DNA of 64,000 nucleotides from Macrostomum lignano (lineage: Eukaryota), in contig NIVC01001050.1 of the NCBI GenBank assembly GCA_002269645.1, positions 121,683 to 185,682 on the forward strand, written 5' to 3'. Each line of letters begins with the position of its first letter. Position 1 is the first letter of the stretch. Position numbers and translations under genes: made by a program. Below the pieces are notes generated by a model that searched no databases, was not told the origin of the DNA, and worked only from the letters and a program-made list of their open reading frames with translations. Below are positions 25,883-51,000 of the stretch, one piece after another.

Positions 25883-27774
25883 GGTATTTACTGCAGCTGT
25901 CCTGTCCAAGTGGTGCTTATCAGATGAAGCTCTTACCTTAAGATCTTACGATCTTACCGTTTATGTTCGAGTTTTCTGATTCAACTTTCGTTTGTGCTTT
26001 TGAATGGACAAATTATTTTAAGGGAAGGGCCATGACCCCCCCCCCTCCTCCAGTTGCACCTGCGTACGCCACTGTCGAAGTAAAATCTTTCTGAATGCTT
26101 AATAGGCATCAGAAGGAAATTTGCTTAAATCAAGTTTTTTAGATATACCAAGACAAAGGAATCAAAGTAATCAAAATCTGTTTATTTTTGAAAAAAATCA
26201 ACATTCAGAATAGAATAGTATAATACACAATCGATTCTGAACGGCTCATACGAGTGAAAAATATCAATCCGGACACAAAGTGTTTAAAATCATTTTTCAG
26301 ACAAATAATGCTTTATCTTTGCCATTGTTAAACAATTATTTTACGTTATATGTTTCATGAATTTCCTGAAATACTTAATTTTTTATGAATCTGAGTCTTT
26401 TTTACTAATTTTTCTTTTAATCACCAATTTAGCTAGTACTGCATGGTGTTCACTTTTGTATTCAGCTCGTGTGTTTTAATAACGCATGATAATAATCCGA
26501 ACGCTCGTACATGTACATGTAATTAAAATCAACGCAGCAAATTGATAAGCTGTAAAATATTTTTACTGACGAAAATCGGTTACGCACAAAGTTATTTTAT
26601 TAAAACAAATACGCACTAGCCTACACTAATGTCTACTTTAGAGATTATGATTTTTCACTCGTAAATCGATTTATATATAAATATTTATTTTTGCTGACAG
26701 TAATATAGCACGTTCTCTAGCATAAAATATGGCTCGTACTTAAGACTTTACTCTATTCTTTACAAACTACTTTTATCAGTAATCACATAATGGCAGCGAC
26801 TGTTAGAATGAATGGAATTAATTTTTTATTTCACAAAGCGGAGTCAGTCCCTAAAAATGGTTATCTATTTTATTAGGATTCAGTCAGGTCAACTTCCCAC
26901 GCAAATAAACTGGAAAGCAATTAGCTACCTAATTAAAATCATAATTAACTACTAATAACAATAATTCACAATCAGAAATAAACTCAGTTGTAGAAATATT
27001 GCACAGAAACGGATAAAACAGTAGATAATACTTTTAAAGTATTATATTTTTCTAGTTAGATTAAGAATAACAGCAGCATATAAAAAGTTGAATTCCCACG
27101 AAGAAATATATAATATGAACTTTCTATACCGTCTGATTTGTTAAAATTCGATAGTATTATCAGATATAACTTTAAAATAATTAAGCTCAATTCTATGTAA
27201 AATAAGTAAACAAAGAGGTATAGCACGTGCCTGCTACAACTTGATGTCAACGATCATAAAAACTTAGTTAGTGAACATCACATGTATATATACTCTCGTA
27301 GACATAATTAACATTTTACCTCCTGCAAAAATTCTAATTATTAATGTTAAGACTGGCAAAAAATTCAGTTTCTTAAGAAATTATAGAAATATTTTGTTGT
27401 CACTTGTAGTTAACTATATAAGTATTATATATAGTCAGTAATGATTATATTAAGCGGTAGGTAGCTTCATGCATGTACTTTAATTTCTAGGAATTAAAAA
27501 TCTATTAAAAGTAGAAATATAAACGCAAAAACGAGTTTTTGTTTAAACGAGTAAAGAAAGCAGCTCTTTAAGCACATAAAACCAAATAACATATAGCTAC
27601 AAAACATTAGGATTTATAAAAGATACCGTTATTTTAAAGAATAATATTACCAGCCAAACTATAAAATGAGTCTCTCATTTAAAAAAACTAGATTTTTGAG
27701 AAAATATTACATCGAACAACAGTTTAAACACTTATAGAACTCTTTTTTGGTTTCAAAAATGTTCCATATTGAGG

Positions 27775-33283
<5,509 letters not shown>

Positions 33284-33832
33284 TTCTGCTTTTTTATGTA
33301 AATGATTTTAAATATTAGCACAGCGCTATGCTTTAGTATTTTAGAACTTTTTAAATAGTGTATGGGAGGTAGAAAAATGGTTTGTGTTGAGCCCAAGTAG
33401 GACAGTTGAGTATGCTGATCTGTTTATAATCCTCAGTTTTTCCGTACTGGTAGGCATGCATGGGCGACGCTATTGGATAATTTTTTCGTTTGGTTGTAAG
33501 CTCGTAATTATCAAAATCCTTCTTTATTGGTTGAGAAAGGGCCAATATTTCTCTTTATCAGCAGTTTGATTGGGCTATCATATCAGCAACTTAGCTGCCT
33601 TTTGGCCATGAAAATGCACATTTTTGAGTTTTCGATGGATTTATTAGTCATAATCACTATTTAATTTGTTTCACGGTGATAAATGATCTATAGTCGTGTT
33701 TGTGTTTCTGTCTGCAACACTTACAATTGCTAATATCGATTTTTACAAAAGAATTATGACTTGCTTTAAGAAGAAGGCTGACTATGGAAAAGGTTTTCTT
33801 GGTATGGTCTTTGACTATTCAATCAACGGGTA

Positions 33833-34101
33833 TTGCCTTTGTCAGCCAAGTTGACAAGTTAAAAATTCACATTTAGCAGCAGTAGAGTTGGTCTTGCCCA
33901 TAGACATAAAAATGGCGGCAAAAGGCAACCAAGTCGATGAGAGATGTTTCCACTGGCATTCTTCTTTGTGCTGATGTCTATGGCTGATTTTATCAACTTG
34001 GCACTTGTGTGCCTTTTCTGTCTATGTCTTTCTGTCTATGGTCAAGACCAATTCTACTCTGCTGCCAAATAGAAATTCTCAACTTGGTTGACAGAAGCAA
34101 T
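33833..34101. mobile_element. MITE-like foldback with ~70-bp imperfect inverted repeats, in the B/C divergent intergenic region
   Basis: ATTGCCTTTGTCAGCCAAGTTG...GCAGCAGTAGAGTTGGTCTTGCCCATAGAC vs GTCTATGGTCAAGACCAATTCTACTCTGCTGC...CAACTTGGTTGACAGAAGCAAT. Confidence 0.6.
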
Positions 34102-34583
34102 AGTGACGCATTGTATAGAGCTGCGTACCGATGACTCAGCTTCTAAGTCACTTTTGTCGAATTCGAATTATGAATACTAAGAGGCATTGCTTCTATACGA
34201 GCGTACTGATCGTGGACTATGGGTATCTGGTGTTTTAGTTTGAGCGCATGCGGTCTGAGTAAGCTCAGAAAGCTAATTGTTGGTTTTTACAGCGTTAGAA
34301 CTGGCCTCTACCCACTCTGACAATTTGTGGCAATGTGACAATAATTAATGAGAAACCGATGCAGGAGGCCTGAAATTCCATTTGCTGGAGTGGCAAATTA
34401 ATAATTTACTAGATAGTGCTGTTTGCTGCAGCTCAACTGCGTAGCTCATTTTATGGACATAGATAGAAAAAAGAAGATTTATTGATTAAATTTTAGTAAG
34501 CCCGCAGCATCTACAGTGGCAAAAATAACTGTATATGAAAAACGATACTCTATTAACTTAATCTAATGGATGGATGCATAAGC

Positions 34584-34915
34584 CAAAGTCGGAAAACTTG
34601 TTTACCTCATCGGCCAGATGGAGAATTTTGCTCATGGCTCTGGGCCAGATGAGAGTGGAAAGGAGAGGGAATGGAAGAGTAGAAGAGAGGGGAGAGAAGA
34701 CAGAAGAGAGCAGAGTGGCGAGAGGGAGAAGAGAGGGAAGTGGGGAGAGGGGAGAGAGGAGAGGAGAGAGGAGAGAGGGGAGAAAATAAGAGAGGCAAGG
34801 GTAGGGACATGGAGAGAGAGAAGAGAAATAGCTGAGCAGACACACAAACCTCGAGGGGGCCGGATTCTGGGGGCCGGACAGAGAGGCTTCGAGGGCCGGA
34901 GTTTGCGGACCCCTG
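34584..34915 (+). mobile_element. hAT (Charlie-like) MITE with internal GA-rich tract; same family as 56968-57409
   Basis: Degenerate left end AGTCGGAAAACTTGTTTACCTCATCGGCCAGAT; right end GGGCCGGAGTTTGCGGACCCCTG; shared GGGCCGGA.AGAGAGGCTT. Confidence 0.65.
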
Positions 34916-35855
34916 ACCTGACCGATAACTATGAGTAGAGCCATGCCAAATTGTGTGCCAAATTGTGAGTTAATGAAATCGGTAAGCTTTTTTGGGACTT
35001 TGGGACAACCGTCAGCATGAATATGAGCGTAGTTAGCTATAAAAGGAGAACAATCGATTGAGTATCTGGGTCATTTGGTAAAGACACGTGTCAAATCCTG
35101 TACACTTGTACACGTGTAGATAGCTTCGGTTCAACACGCTGAAACGTGCTAGCAACACCCGGAAAACTAAGTTAGCTTCTCCTTGACAAAAATATATTAA
35201 CAAACGGCCAAAAAAATCTTGAAGCCATCTATGACCAAAAGCTTCTCGAGGTAATCCAAAAGTCTACTGCAATGAAAACGCGATGATTTGTCTATACAGC
35301 AACGCCAGTGCCTGTCAAAAAGTATATATTGTTTCCATGTGAACACAGGCTTAACAAAAAACATAGACGAAGCAGTGAAAAGCAGACTTCGGGCTACAAA
35401 TAAACTAAATCATGACAGACAATACCAAATTCTAACACAACAGAAGCGCAGAGTTTCACTTTTCCAGCATGTTAATTAAACATAAAAACCGATTAATTAG
35501 ATTTTTTCTGTGTTATGAAACCAGCAAATTAGTTTAATCTCCTTATATCTGACATCAAAAGAGTTTTCATTAAAAAATCAAGTGGGATCACAATTCATGA
35601 AATTCAAGCAGCTTTTAAGCAATGATGCACAGGCTTGCCTTCTTTTTGATTAGCTAGCCTGATTAGACACTCGAGAAGAGACCAAACTAGAAAAGAAACT
35701 CAAGTAGCTTTCACCGAAATTTAAACCGGAAAGATTTAAAAAACCAATGAAGCATCAAGCACGGCATGGAAAGCACCATATTTAGGCGAGAAAATTTTTT
35801 CTCAAACTAATTCCCTTACAATGTCAAGATTAATTTTCGAAAATATTGTCTAGAA

Positions 35856-38800
35856 ATGTCTTCAATTATTTCAATCATTGTCTGTTCGCTGCTTTTCGGC
35901 AGCACTAGAGCCCTGGACCTCAAGATAGGCGTGATCACGGATGCCGGAAGCTTGAACGGCTCGCTAATCGACGTCGCCTTCGCCAGACGGGTCAACTACA
36001 ACTGGAGAGTGCTGCAGGGCCACACACTCTCATATGTGCATGTCAATGTGAGCTCGTGCAGCTCACACCAGGCTGTCAGGACTGGTGAGTTGAAGCATTT
36101 GCTACGCGACTCAATCGCTGCTCTGCTCAACCTGCTCAATCAATGCACACAATTGAAGCATGAATTGCACGAATGCAAGTGTGAGTGCGAGCTGTGAAAC
36201 TGTGCATGTGTCTGTGTGTCTCGCTCCGCAGTGTGCTCGGAAAGCGGCCTGTCAGGTCTGATTGGCGTCGGCAGCTGCTCTCTGCTGGATGAAGTGAGCT
36301 CACTGAGCAAGTCTCTGCAGCTGCCGCTGATCGCCCTGCCGACTGGACTGTGCGACTCTGCTCGGCTGAGCAAAGGTAACTGAGATCGATTTCTGACATC
36401 TTTCCATCATTTCTATCTGTATTCGGTTTCGACATGAAAACACGCGGAAGTTGCAGACATGACCATCGTGGGCAGCCACAGCTCGGAAAACATCGTCGCT
36501 GCAGCCGCCACTGTCCTTACGTCAGATTCCATAGTTAGCAGTGTGGCAGTTTTCTTCGATGGTCTGCAAAGTGAGTGCTGTGAATACAGTAAAATCCTAG
36601 ATAGCTTCAATATTTTCAGTATATTTACGGATGTTTCTTCTATCAAAGTTCAAAAAGTCAGACATAACTAAAGTCTATACTTGATCACTGTAGGCACAAC
36701 AGTGCTGCAGAACCTGCAGTCCAGTCTCTCCTCTGCCGGTGTGAGCAGTCTCACATTCCGAGTGGACGACTCTGTCAACGCTTCTGTTACTCCTGACCTG
36801 GTGCACCACCTCAAGCGGCTGGTCAAGAAGAAAGTGTTCAAGCTGCTGCTGTTCGCCTCTCCTCGCAATGCTCTCAGTGTGCTCAGGCTCGCCAGGGAAG
36901 CTGCAGTGATGCAGCAGAACTACTTCTGGCTTGTGCTCGACACCGGACTGTCCAAGGCCGATGTGCTCAGCGTGACGCCGGCGAACGCGAACGTCGCTCT
37001 GCTGAGAGGCAGCGTGTTCACCGAGTGCACAGCAGCAGTGATGGATGTTTTTCCTCAGTGCCAGACGGACTGGCTTCGGGTGAGCGCTTGATGTGTGCTG
37101 CTTGATGGCTGCAGGGATTCATCATGCAGCACCGCACGTGTGCAACGCATGCCACTGTCGCACTCGATCTCGCACTCGATCTCGCATTTGCATTCGACAG
37201 ACTCTGGACGCTCGCTTCGTAGACGCCGTAGAAGCCATGGCCAAGGCGCTCAATGACTCGCTGTTGGATCCGGGATTCTCTCCCGGAAACGCCTCGTGTG
37301 CGCCACTGCGCCACTGGATATCAGGCTCGACTGTGCTCAACAGACTCATGAGTGTGAGTGAGCTCACTAGCTAGCAAGCATTGACAAGCATTACTAGTTT
37401 CGAGCTGGTCTCTCCCCAATCCTACTCGATGTGCAGATTAGCGACTATGACACTCAGCGAGGCCTGATCTCGTTCAACAGCTCGACCAGACACTTCAGCT
37501 CGCAACGAGTCGAAGTGGTCGCGTCCTACAATGAGCTGTGGTCGTCTCCGGTCTCGATGCTGAGATCGGCTCAGTTCGATGCATCGAGCGGAGCTTTGAG
37601 CAAGCAGTTCCGCTACAAGGGAGTCAGTTTGGCATTCCCGAACACCTTCATGGGGTTCAAGAACCAGACCATTGTAGTCTGTGCTCCGAAAGTAAATATT
37701 TTATGTTTTGAGCTATTTTAACGATTGATTTAACGTCTTAAATTCTTTAGGACGGTTTCTAGCTAACATTTCTTGAATTACTGTGTTTTAGACTAACCCA
37801 TTGACGATGTACTCAGCGTCATACCCTAATAACACTGTTATCATTACTGGTTATACGTCGAACGTTCTCAGCACTTTAGCTTCAAAAATGGAATTTAGGT
37901 TAGTTTATACTATTTTTGTTTTTATAATGTTGCCGCTCTTGACGAACGCATGTCGCTAGAATCTAAAGTTATTGTGAAATCTCAATTACAGGTACATTGT
38001 AAAAGAACCAGACGATGGAAGTTTCGGCAGTCCGACACCAGACTCCAGCTATTTTACCGGTTGCGTTGGCGAGCTGCAGAAAGGCGTAAGTCGCTATATT
38101 ACTGGGTTGTCTATTGTGCATTGAAGTCAAACATTTTATGTTCCATTTTGCTCGAATCGACGCACAGATGGCTACCCTGGCTGCCGGACCATTTACCAAA
38201 ACAACAACCCGCGACGATGTTGTTGACTTCTCCACTGCACTCTTCGAAGAGTCCAATGTTGTGCTCATTCCGAGACCCCCACGGGAGTCGAAGATTTGGA
38301 ATGTTTTCAAGTCTTTTACTGTTGAGACTTGGCTTTTGATTGTTGCGTTTGTGTTTTTGTCGTCGTTTGCCACTTGGACTTTAGCATTCTTCTCACCGTT
38401 TACGGCTTACAACCTGAAGGTTGACTACTCCGTTGCCGACGAGATCTGGCTGCAGGAGTACATCTGGAGTGCGGTAGGAAGTTTCATGCAGCAAGGCCAG
38501 GACTTTTACCCGTTCTCAATGTCACCAAGAATAACCATGGCGTTTTGGTGGATGTTCACCGTGGTTATTTATGCGTCGTACACAGGTGAGATCAAGCTTG
38601 CAATTTTGTTTTTAATAAAACAAAAATTATAGCTCACATTAGCGTTGACCATTGCAGGCGACCTTACCGCCCATCTCACGGTAACCGTAACGGATGTCCC
38701 TATCAAAACGCTGTCGGATCTTGTTTCCCAATCTTATATTAAGCCCTACGTGGAATCCGGATCAAATCTGGAAACTCTTATGCTGGAAGCAAAATCAGGC

Positions 38801-39876
38801 ATTTACAAGCAAATTGCTGAGAGGATGGTTATTATTAATGAAGTATGTACCACAGTAAGTACATGTAACTTGAAATTTTGCGTCTCAGTTTTTGTAAGCT
38901 TGTTTTCTATAATCTCAAGCAACAGCATTTTGACTCTAAAATCTTACGATCTCTTAAGACGTGGAAGCCGGACCAGGCCTGCTTAGGGGACTACACGCCC
39001 CGGCTTGCCTCTGCAATGAGGAACTGCTCGCTGTACTACCTGGCGGAGGAGCATTTTAACACGGCCACCATTGCGTTTGTTTATCCTGACGATGCTTTTT
39101 ACGCATCACTGATGGACTTCTAGTAAGTTATTAGGTATTCTAAGAGGGATGCACGTTTTGGAAAAGTAGCAACACAAGAAAATTTCTGAAGCAGCGCCTC
39201 CTTTTGGCGTGTTTAAAACGCAAGCTGTATATGAAATCACTGAAAATAGTTTCTGGACAATATATAGACAGTCGTAGCTTTAAGTTATTGTTACTTGTAA
39301 ATATTATATTACTCAACAAGGAACCCATGTATTAGTAATAGTATTTAGCTGAGCAGGGTATCAGGAAATTCCGTGGAAATTCCGTCACTAGTTCACATAC
39401 TGGAGAGATAGGTGACAATGTAAAAGATAGTAGCGCCAGGACGATCAGTAAGAGAGATTTAGTTTTTGGGAATTGCAGCTTTACTACGAGTATTAAAAGG
39501 AGTTTCCTTCAGCCACATGCTCTGCTAGCTCCTACTACTTTTATCTATTTATATAACAAATATCACTAAATAAAAGGCGCATTCAGCGACTAGAAGCAGC
39601 CTACTGAGCAAAATAAGAATCCAATTTATAACTTCCAGTATGCAGAAGATGCTGGAAACTGGCTTGACGCAGAGATTCTTCGCAAACGTCTGGACAAACT
39701 ACGACGCCTGCTCGTCGGGTCGCTCGACCGAGGCCGATTCTGTCAACTTGGAGGGCGCCGGCGGTTGCTTCATCATTGCACTCAGCCTGTACGGTCTGGG
39801 ACTGCTGATCCTGCTGGTCGAGCTCTGCTGGACCAAGCTGGCGAAGAAGCAGCCGCTGGACTGTCGAATCTATTGA
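35856..39876 (+). CDS. iGluR-superfamily subunit, paralog C (832 aa, 12 exons)
   Basis: Exons 35856-36084, 36232-36375, 36457-36570, 36694-37079, 37201-37353, 37437-37691, 37792-37898, 37992-38085, 38168-38585, 38658-38854 (3 codons shorter), 38959-39122, 39639-39876; 2499 nt in frame; ends KKQPLDCRIY*. Confidence 0.93.
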
Positions 39877-40972
39877 ATCTCAGAGGATTTAAGTTGATTG
39901 ATTTCGCAGAACTGGGTCGTTCGCAGATTACTGACCAATCATTAGCTGCAGACAACTGGTAACTGTCAGCGGTTGTTTTCAGCAAACGGTTGGAACTTAA
40001 AGTTTATCGTCAACACCACTGCAAGCAAGCACGGGGCCTACAAAACTATTTCCAGCACTGTCTATGATAAAAGGGTCGATTCAACGCAAAATTGCAACGA
40101 TTCCCTTACGCAATCTTTCACTGCAATCTTTCACTGAAAGTATTGCGGCTGATACACAAAAGTACAGTGCAAAATTTACAAAGTCTAGTTTTAGAACATA
40201 GCATATCAATAAATTCTTTTCTACTATTTCTTTTCAATATATTAGAATCGCTATGAAATTCTACACGCATAGCAAGTTTTCCACACAATTTCTTAAAGTT
40301 TTTTAAAAAGTACTAAGCATCGCATTGCACAAAATTATCCAAAAATGCGTTTTTATTTACCTTTGCACTTCTCAGTTTCAATTAAAATTAATTTTAGGCT
40401 TAACCTGGCATTAAAAGTAACGAATTCCGTCAAACCGCATGAACTATCAGACTCAGCCTTTGTACCAGTACAGTATCGTTTAATATCGAGTGTCTGTGCT
40501 TTAAAGCACTCATGGGCGAGGTTGAAAACATAAGAAAATCATAACAAACGTGTACCACCAACTGTGCTTTACAACGATGAGCAATTATAGCTAAGCTTTC
40601 ATTTGATTTTAGCTCATGGATAATCATAATCTACTGCTCATCGTTAAGCCTACGTGCATGAAATTTGCTAGTAAATGCGAACCTTTTACTAAAATACTTT
40701 CACTACTACTGCATGTGTCCGGCTCTCGCAAGTCAGGACCGCTGTGCACCCTGTGTGAGCGTGTGTTTGAATGCGTGCTTGGCTTCGCTCTCTCAACCAG
40801 CAAATTGCCGAGACTCGAGCTCGCGACTCAGCCAGCAAAGCCGCAGCTAGCGCTGTCAATCACCACATCCAAGGCGAAGACGCTCGCCACTCTGCCGAGT
40901 CCCAGCTTCAGTCTCCGGCTGTGTCTGTGGGCGAGATCGGCACTTGGTCACCGCCTCTGTCCGGCGAGGGAC

Positions 40973-41502
40973 AGCAGATCTGCCTCCCAGAGTGTCAGTT
41001 GCTAGGCCAGCCTCCCAGATCCCCAGTTGCTGGGCCAGCCTCCCAGATCCTCAGTTGCTAGGCCAGCCTCCCAGATCCCCAGTTGCTGGGCCAGCCTCCC
41101 AGATCCCCAGTTGCTGGACAAGCCTCCCAGATCCTCAGTTGCTGGGCCAGCCTCCCAGATCCTCAGTTGCTGGGCCAGCCTCCCAGATCCTCAGTTGCTG
41201 GGCCAGCCTCCCAGATCCCCAGTTGCTGGACAAGCCTCCCAGATTCCCAGTTGCTGGGCCAGCCTCCCAGATCCCCAGTTGCTGGACAAGCCTCCCAGAT
41301 CCTCAGTTGCTGGGCCAGCCTCCCAGATCCTCAGTTGCTGGACCAGCCTCCCAGATCCTCAGTTGCTGGGCCAGCCTCCCAGATCCCCAGTTGCTGGGCC
41401 AGCCTCCCAGATCCCCAGTTGCTGGACAAGCCTCCCAGATCCCCAGTTGCTGGGCCAGCCTCCTGGATCCCCAGTTGCTGGGCCAGCCTCCCAGATCCCT
41501 AG
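40973..41502. repeat. 28-bp minisatellite (CAGTTGCTGGGCCAGCCTCCCAGATCCC), ~18 copies
   Basis: CAGTTGC at 41052 and 41080 (period 28). Confidence 0.95.
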
Positions 41503-41725
41503 CTTCATCAATCAGCACTGAACCCCGCAGGCAGCAGCAGCATTCGCACAGTGATGGCTTGAACGCATCGGCGGTGCACCAGCCCCACCACCACCCTGCC
41601 CCACCATCTACCATACCAATCTGGCTATCTACCATACTTACTTACTTACTACTGACGGGGGGCGCAGGCGCCGCGAATAGGCCGCGAGGCCCCTATCGCA
41701 ACCCCAAGGTAAAAGAGCACAAGGA

Positions 41726-45119
<3,394 letters not shown>

Positions 45120-45452
45120 GGCTATCTACCATACCAATCTGTCTATTTACCATACCAATCTGTCTATTCTACTAGACTAATCTGCCTATCTACCATGCCA
45201 ATCTGTCTATTCTACTAGACTAATCTCCCTATTTACCATACCAATCTGTCTATTCTACTAGACTAATCTGCCTATCTACCATGCCAATCTGTCTATTCTA
45301 CTAGACTAATCTCCCTATTTACCATGCCAATCTGTCTATTCTACTAGACTAATCTCCCTATTGACCATACCAATCTGTCTATTCTACTAGACTAATCTCC
45401 CTATTTACCATACCAATCTGTCTATTCTACTAGACTAATCTGCCTATCTACT
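45120..45452. repeat. ~21-bp minisatellite with alternating variants (TCTACCATACCAATCTGTCTAT / TCTACTAGACTAATCTCCCTAT); LINE insertion site
   Basis: Units on both sides of the LINE (41605-41637 and 45120-45452). Confidence 0.85.
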
Positions 45453-46244
45453 AGGGGCCAAAAGAGAATGGAATAAAAATTATTTAATAAACTACATGTA
45501 GCTCCTTGACATCTCAGTCTTAACATCTCAGAAATTCTCCCGTAAGCCTTGATGACACTGTGAAAAGGGATGCAGTGCTACTGACTTAATCACAAAATAG
45601 AAATTTCAACACTTATGTTTTGTTTAAAGTCACTACAAAGTTAAATTCCTCCTACAAGAAGTGTTCCGCTCAAAGGACAAAAGAGGCTCAGAAAAAGTGT
45701 GGGACGAAGATTAGGAACGAACCATGTCACACATTTTGCTAAATTTTTTTTTACTGTAAGACTGTGGAAGCATTGAACGTTCTTTTAGAATAGTTATTCG
45801 ATTAGAGCCTCATCTTTAAACTTTGTTGAGTTTGTGGTTTTAGGACAGTGTGTGGTAGGCCACTGCAAGCAGTGAGCTTCGCTCTTGATTAGGGCCATTG
45901 GAGACAAACGGTAGTAGCACTGTATTCGTGTGCATGTTTACTGAGGTCATGGTGACACTAGGCCGACAGGATAGAATGTCTCAATACTCCACACGGTTAA
46001 AGAGAAAAAAAATCAATGCATAGCAACGTCAATTGGGCTCAGGTTTTTTAAAAACAAATCAAAAGTTTCCGATAATGCGGAGCCACAAACCATTAAATCC
46101 ATCGGAGGAAAACTGACCCATTGAAAATTAAAACTTAATTTGAGACTGAACGAAGCAAGAGACTTTAATTGTCTTCTATGCAGAAATACGAGTAAACTAA
46201 CTAGGGTTACACATTTAATTTAAAAGCACAAGTTGTAGATGTCT

Positions 46245-47748
<1,504 letters not shown>

Positions 47749-48082
47749 GTGTACAGTTTGAAAATATTAATGCATCAAAATGAATTTACGCTGACAAATT
47801 AAAAATCTAGCCCTGGGTGCCTTTAACGAGAACAAATTTTCCCTATCAAATTACAAATCGGTTTAATCCTAATGGAGCTTGAATCGATTGAGATTCTCAA
47901 AGCTAAGGCAAAGTGACCGAAAAAACCACTTCAATAGTGGAAGCAAAGAAACCACGGCGCTTGGTTGAAAACTCAATAATGGCAAATCGACGATTCCTAG
48001 CAAAAGCACACTGATGACAACTATTTAAGAAAATTAACTGACTTTGAAATAGCAACTTTCTACTTTAGAGAAATCGAAAAAA

Positions 48083-51000
48083 ATGTACAGGTTTATTTCA
48101 CTCATTTTAAGCTCATTGCTATTTGGCTCCAGTGCGCTGGACTTCAAGATAGGCGTGATCACGGAGGCCGGGAACTTGAACAGCTCGCTCATCGACGTCG
48201 CCTTCGCCAGACGGGTCAACTACAACTGGAGAGTGCTGCAGGGCCACACACTCTCATATGTGCATGTCAATGTGAGCTCGTGCAGCTCACACCAGGCTGT
48301 CAGGACTGGTGAGTTGAAGCATTTGCTACGCGACTCAATCGCTGCTCTGCTCAACCTGCTCAATCAATGCACACAATTGAAGCATGAATTGCACGAATGC
48401 AAGTGTGAGTGCGAGCTGTGAGACTGTGCATGTGTCTGTGTGTCTCGCTCCGCAGTGTGCTCGGAGAGCGGCCTGTCAGGTCTGATTGGCGTCGGCAGCT
48501 GCTCTCTGCTGGATGAAGTGAGCTCACTGAGCAAGTCTCTGCAGCTGCCGCTGATCGCCCTGTCGACTGGACTGTGCGACTCTGCTCGGCTGAGCAAAGG
48601 TAACTGAGATCGATTTCTGGCATCTTGCCACCATTTCTATCTGTATTCGGTTTCGACATGAAATCACGCGGAAGTTGCAGACATGACCATCGTGGGCAGC
48701 CACAGCTCGGAAAACATCGTCGCTGCAGCCGCCACCGTCCTTACGTCAGATTCCATAGTTAGCAGTGTGGCAGTTTTCTTCGATGGTCTGCAAAGTGAGT
48801 GCTGTGAATAAAGAAAAATTCTAGAGAGCTCCAATGTTTGCAGTATATTTACGGATGTTTCTTCTATCAAAGTTCAAAAAGTCAGACATAACTAAAGTCT
48901 ATACTTGATCACTGTAGGCACAACAGTGCTGCAGAGCCTGCAGTCCAGCCTCTCCTCTGCCGGTGTGAGCAGTCTTACATTCCGAGTGGACGACACTGTC
49001 AACGCTTCTGTTACTCCTGACCTGGTGCACCACCTCAAGCGGCTGGTCAAGAAGAAAGTGTTCAAGCTGCTGCTGTTCGCCTCTCCTCGCAATGCTCTCA
49101 GTGTGCTCAGGCTCGCCAGGGAAGCTGCAGTGATGCAGCAGAACTACTTCTGGCTTGTGCTCGACACCGGACTGTCCAAGGCCGATGTGCTCAGCGTGAC
49201 GCCGGCGAACGCGAACGTCGCTCTGCTGAGAGGCAGCGTGTTCACCGAGTGCACAGCAGCAGTGATGGATGTGTTTCCTCAGTGCCAGACGGACTGGCTT
49301 CGGGTGAGCGTTTCATGTGTGCTGCTTGATGGCTGCAGGTATTCATCATGCAGCACCGCACGTGTGCAATGCATGCCTCTGTCGCACTCGATCTCGCACT
49401 CGATCGTCGCATTCGCATTCGACAGACTCTGGACGCTCGCTTCGTAGACGCCGTAGAAGCCATGGCCAAGGCGCTCAACGACTCGCTGCTGGATCCGGGA
49501 TTCTCTCCCGGCAACGCCTCGTGTGCGCCACTGCGCCACTGGATATCGGGCTCGACTGTGCTCAACAGACTCATGAGTGTGAGTGAGCTCACTAGCTAGC
49601 AAGCATTGACAAGCATTACTAGTTTCGAGCTGGTCTCTCCCCAATCCTACTCGATGTGCAGATCAGCGACTATGACACTCAGCGAGGCCTGATCTCGTTC
49701 AACAGCTTGACCAGACACTTCAGCTCGCAACGAGTCGAAGTGGTCGCGTCCTACAATGAGCTGTGGTCGTCTCCGGTCTCGATGCTGAGGTCGGCTCAGT
49801 TCGATGCATCGAGCGGAGCTCTGAGCAAGCTGTTCCGCTACAAGGGAGTCAGTTTGGCATTCCCCAACACCTTCATGGGGTTCAAGAACCAGACTATTAT
49901 TATTTGTGCTCCTGAGGTATGTATGGCCATGAGAACTGATTTGAATGTGTTTGGACTTTCTAACTACAAATTAAGAGCTACATTCATCTCTGCATTGACT
50001 ACTTCAGAGTGCTCCAATGACTGTGTTTCAGCAGAAGTTTGCAAACAAGACTGTTGTAATGAGTGGAATGGTTTTAGATTTGCTTCAGGTTTTATCAAAA
50101 AAGCTTGAGTTCAAGTAAGTTTGTGTTGACCTCGTTTGCCGTTTATATTGAATCGTACAAGTAGGAGTCCAAAGGCATCAGCATTGATTTTTAGGTTCAT
50201 TACAAAGGACTCCCACGATGGAAACTGGGGCTCTCAAAGCGACTCAGTGTATTTCACTGGATGTGTTGGGGAGCTCCAACGAGGCGTAAGTAGAATGATG
50301 TTTTTATTAAAGGCTAATCGATTCTAAGAAGCTTTTCGCAACGTTTTTAGGAAGCAGCAGTTGCAGCGGGTCCTTTCACAAAGACTACCATTCGTGACTC
50401 TGTCGTGGACTTTTCAGCACCACTTTTCGAAGAGTCCAATGCAATTCTAATCCCGAGACCGCCCCCAGAGTCTAAACTCTGGAACGTGTTTGCACCGTTT
50501 TCAATTGGAATCTGGATGATGATAGTTGCCGCGATGCTGGTGGCAGCGTTTGTCACCTGGATAATAGCCTACTTTTCGCCGTTCACGGCTTACACTTTGA
50601 ATCTGGATTACGCAATCGCTGACGAGATATGGCTGCAGGAGTACCTGTGGAGCATCATTGGCAGCTTTATGCAGCAAGGTCAGGACTTTTATCCGTTCTG
50701 CATGTCCTCGAGAACTGTTCTGGCCTTCTGGTGGTTGTTTACAGTCATAATCTATGCTTCGTATACAGGTGAGACCTGGGGTTCCATAGTATTAGCTCAG
50801 TATTAGTATTAGTCCATAGCTCTACACGTGTACTTGCTACACTGTAAATGGAAGTTTTAGAATATGTTACAGTAAGCAGACTCTCTATAGCTTTTAATTT
50901 TTGCTTCCAGGTGATCTGACTGCGCACCTGACTGTAACGGTGACAGACTATCCAATCAAGACCCTTCAGGACCTGGTGTCACAGACAGCTATTAAGCCCT

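Larger units (their letters stand above)
25181..26074. mobile_element. Possible hAT-type non-autonomous element carrying a 20-bp minisatellite and a nested SINE
   Basis: 13-bp perfect TIR CAGTGGCGTACGC / GCGTACGCCACTG; 8-bp flanks match only 5/8. Confidence 0.45.
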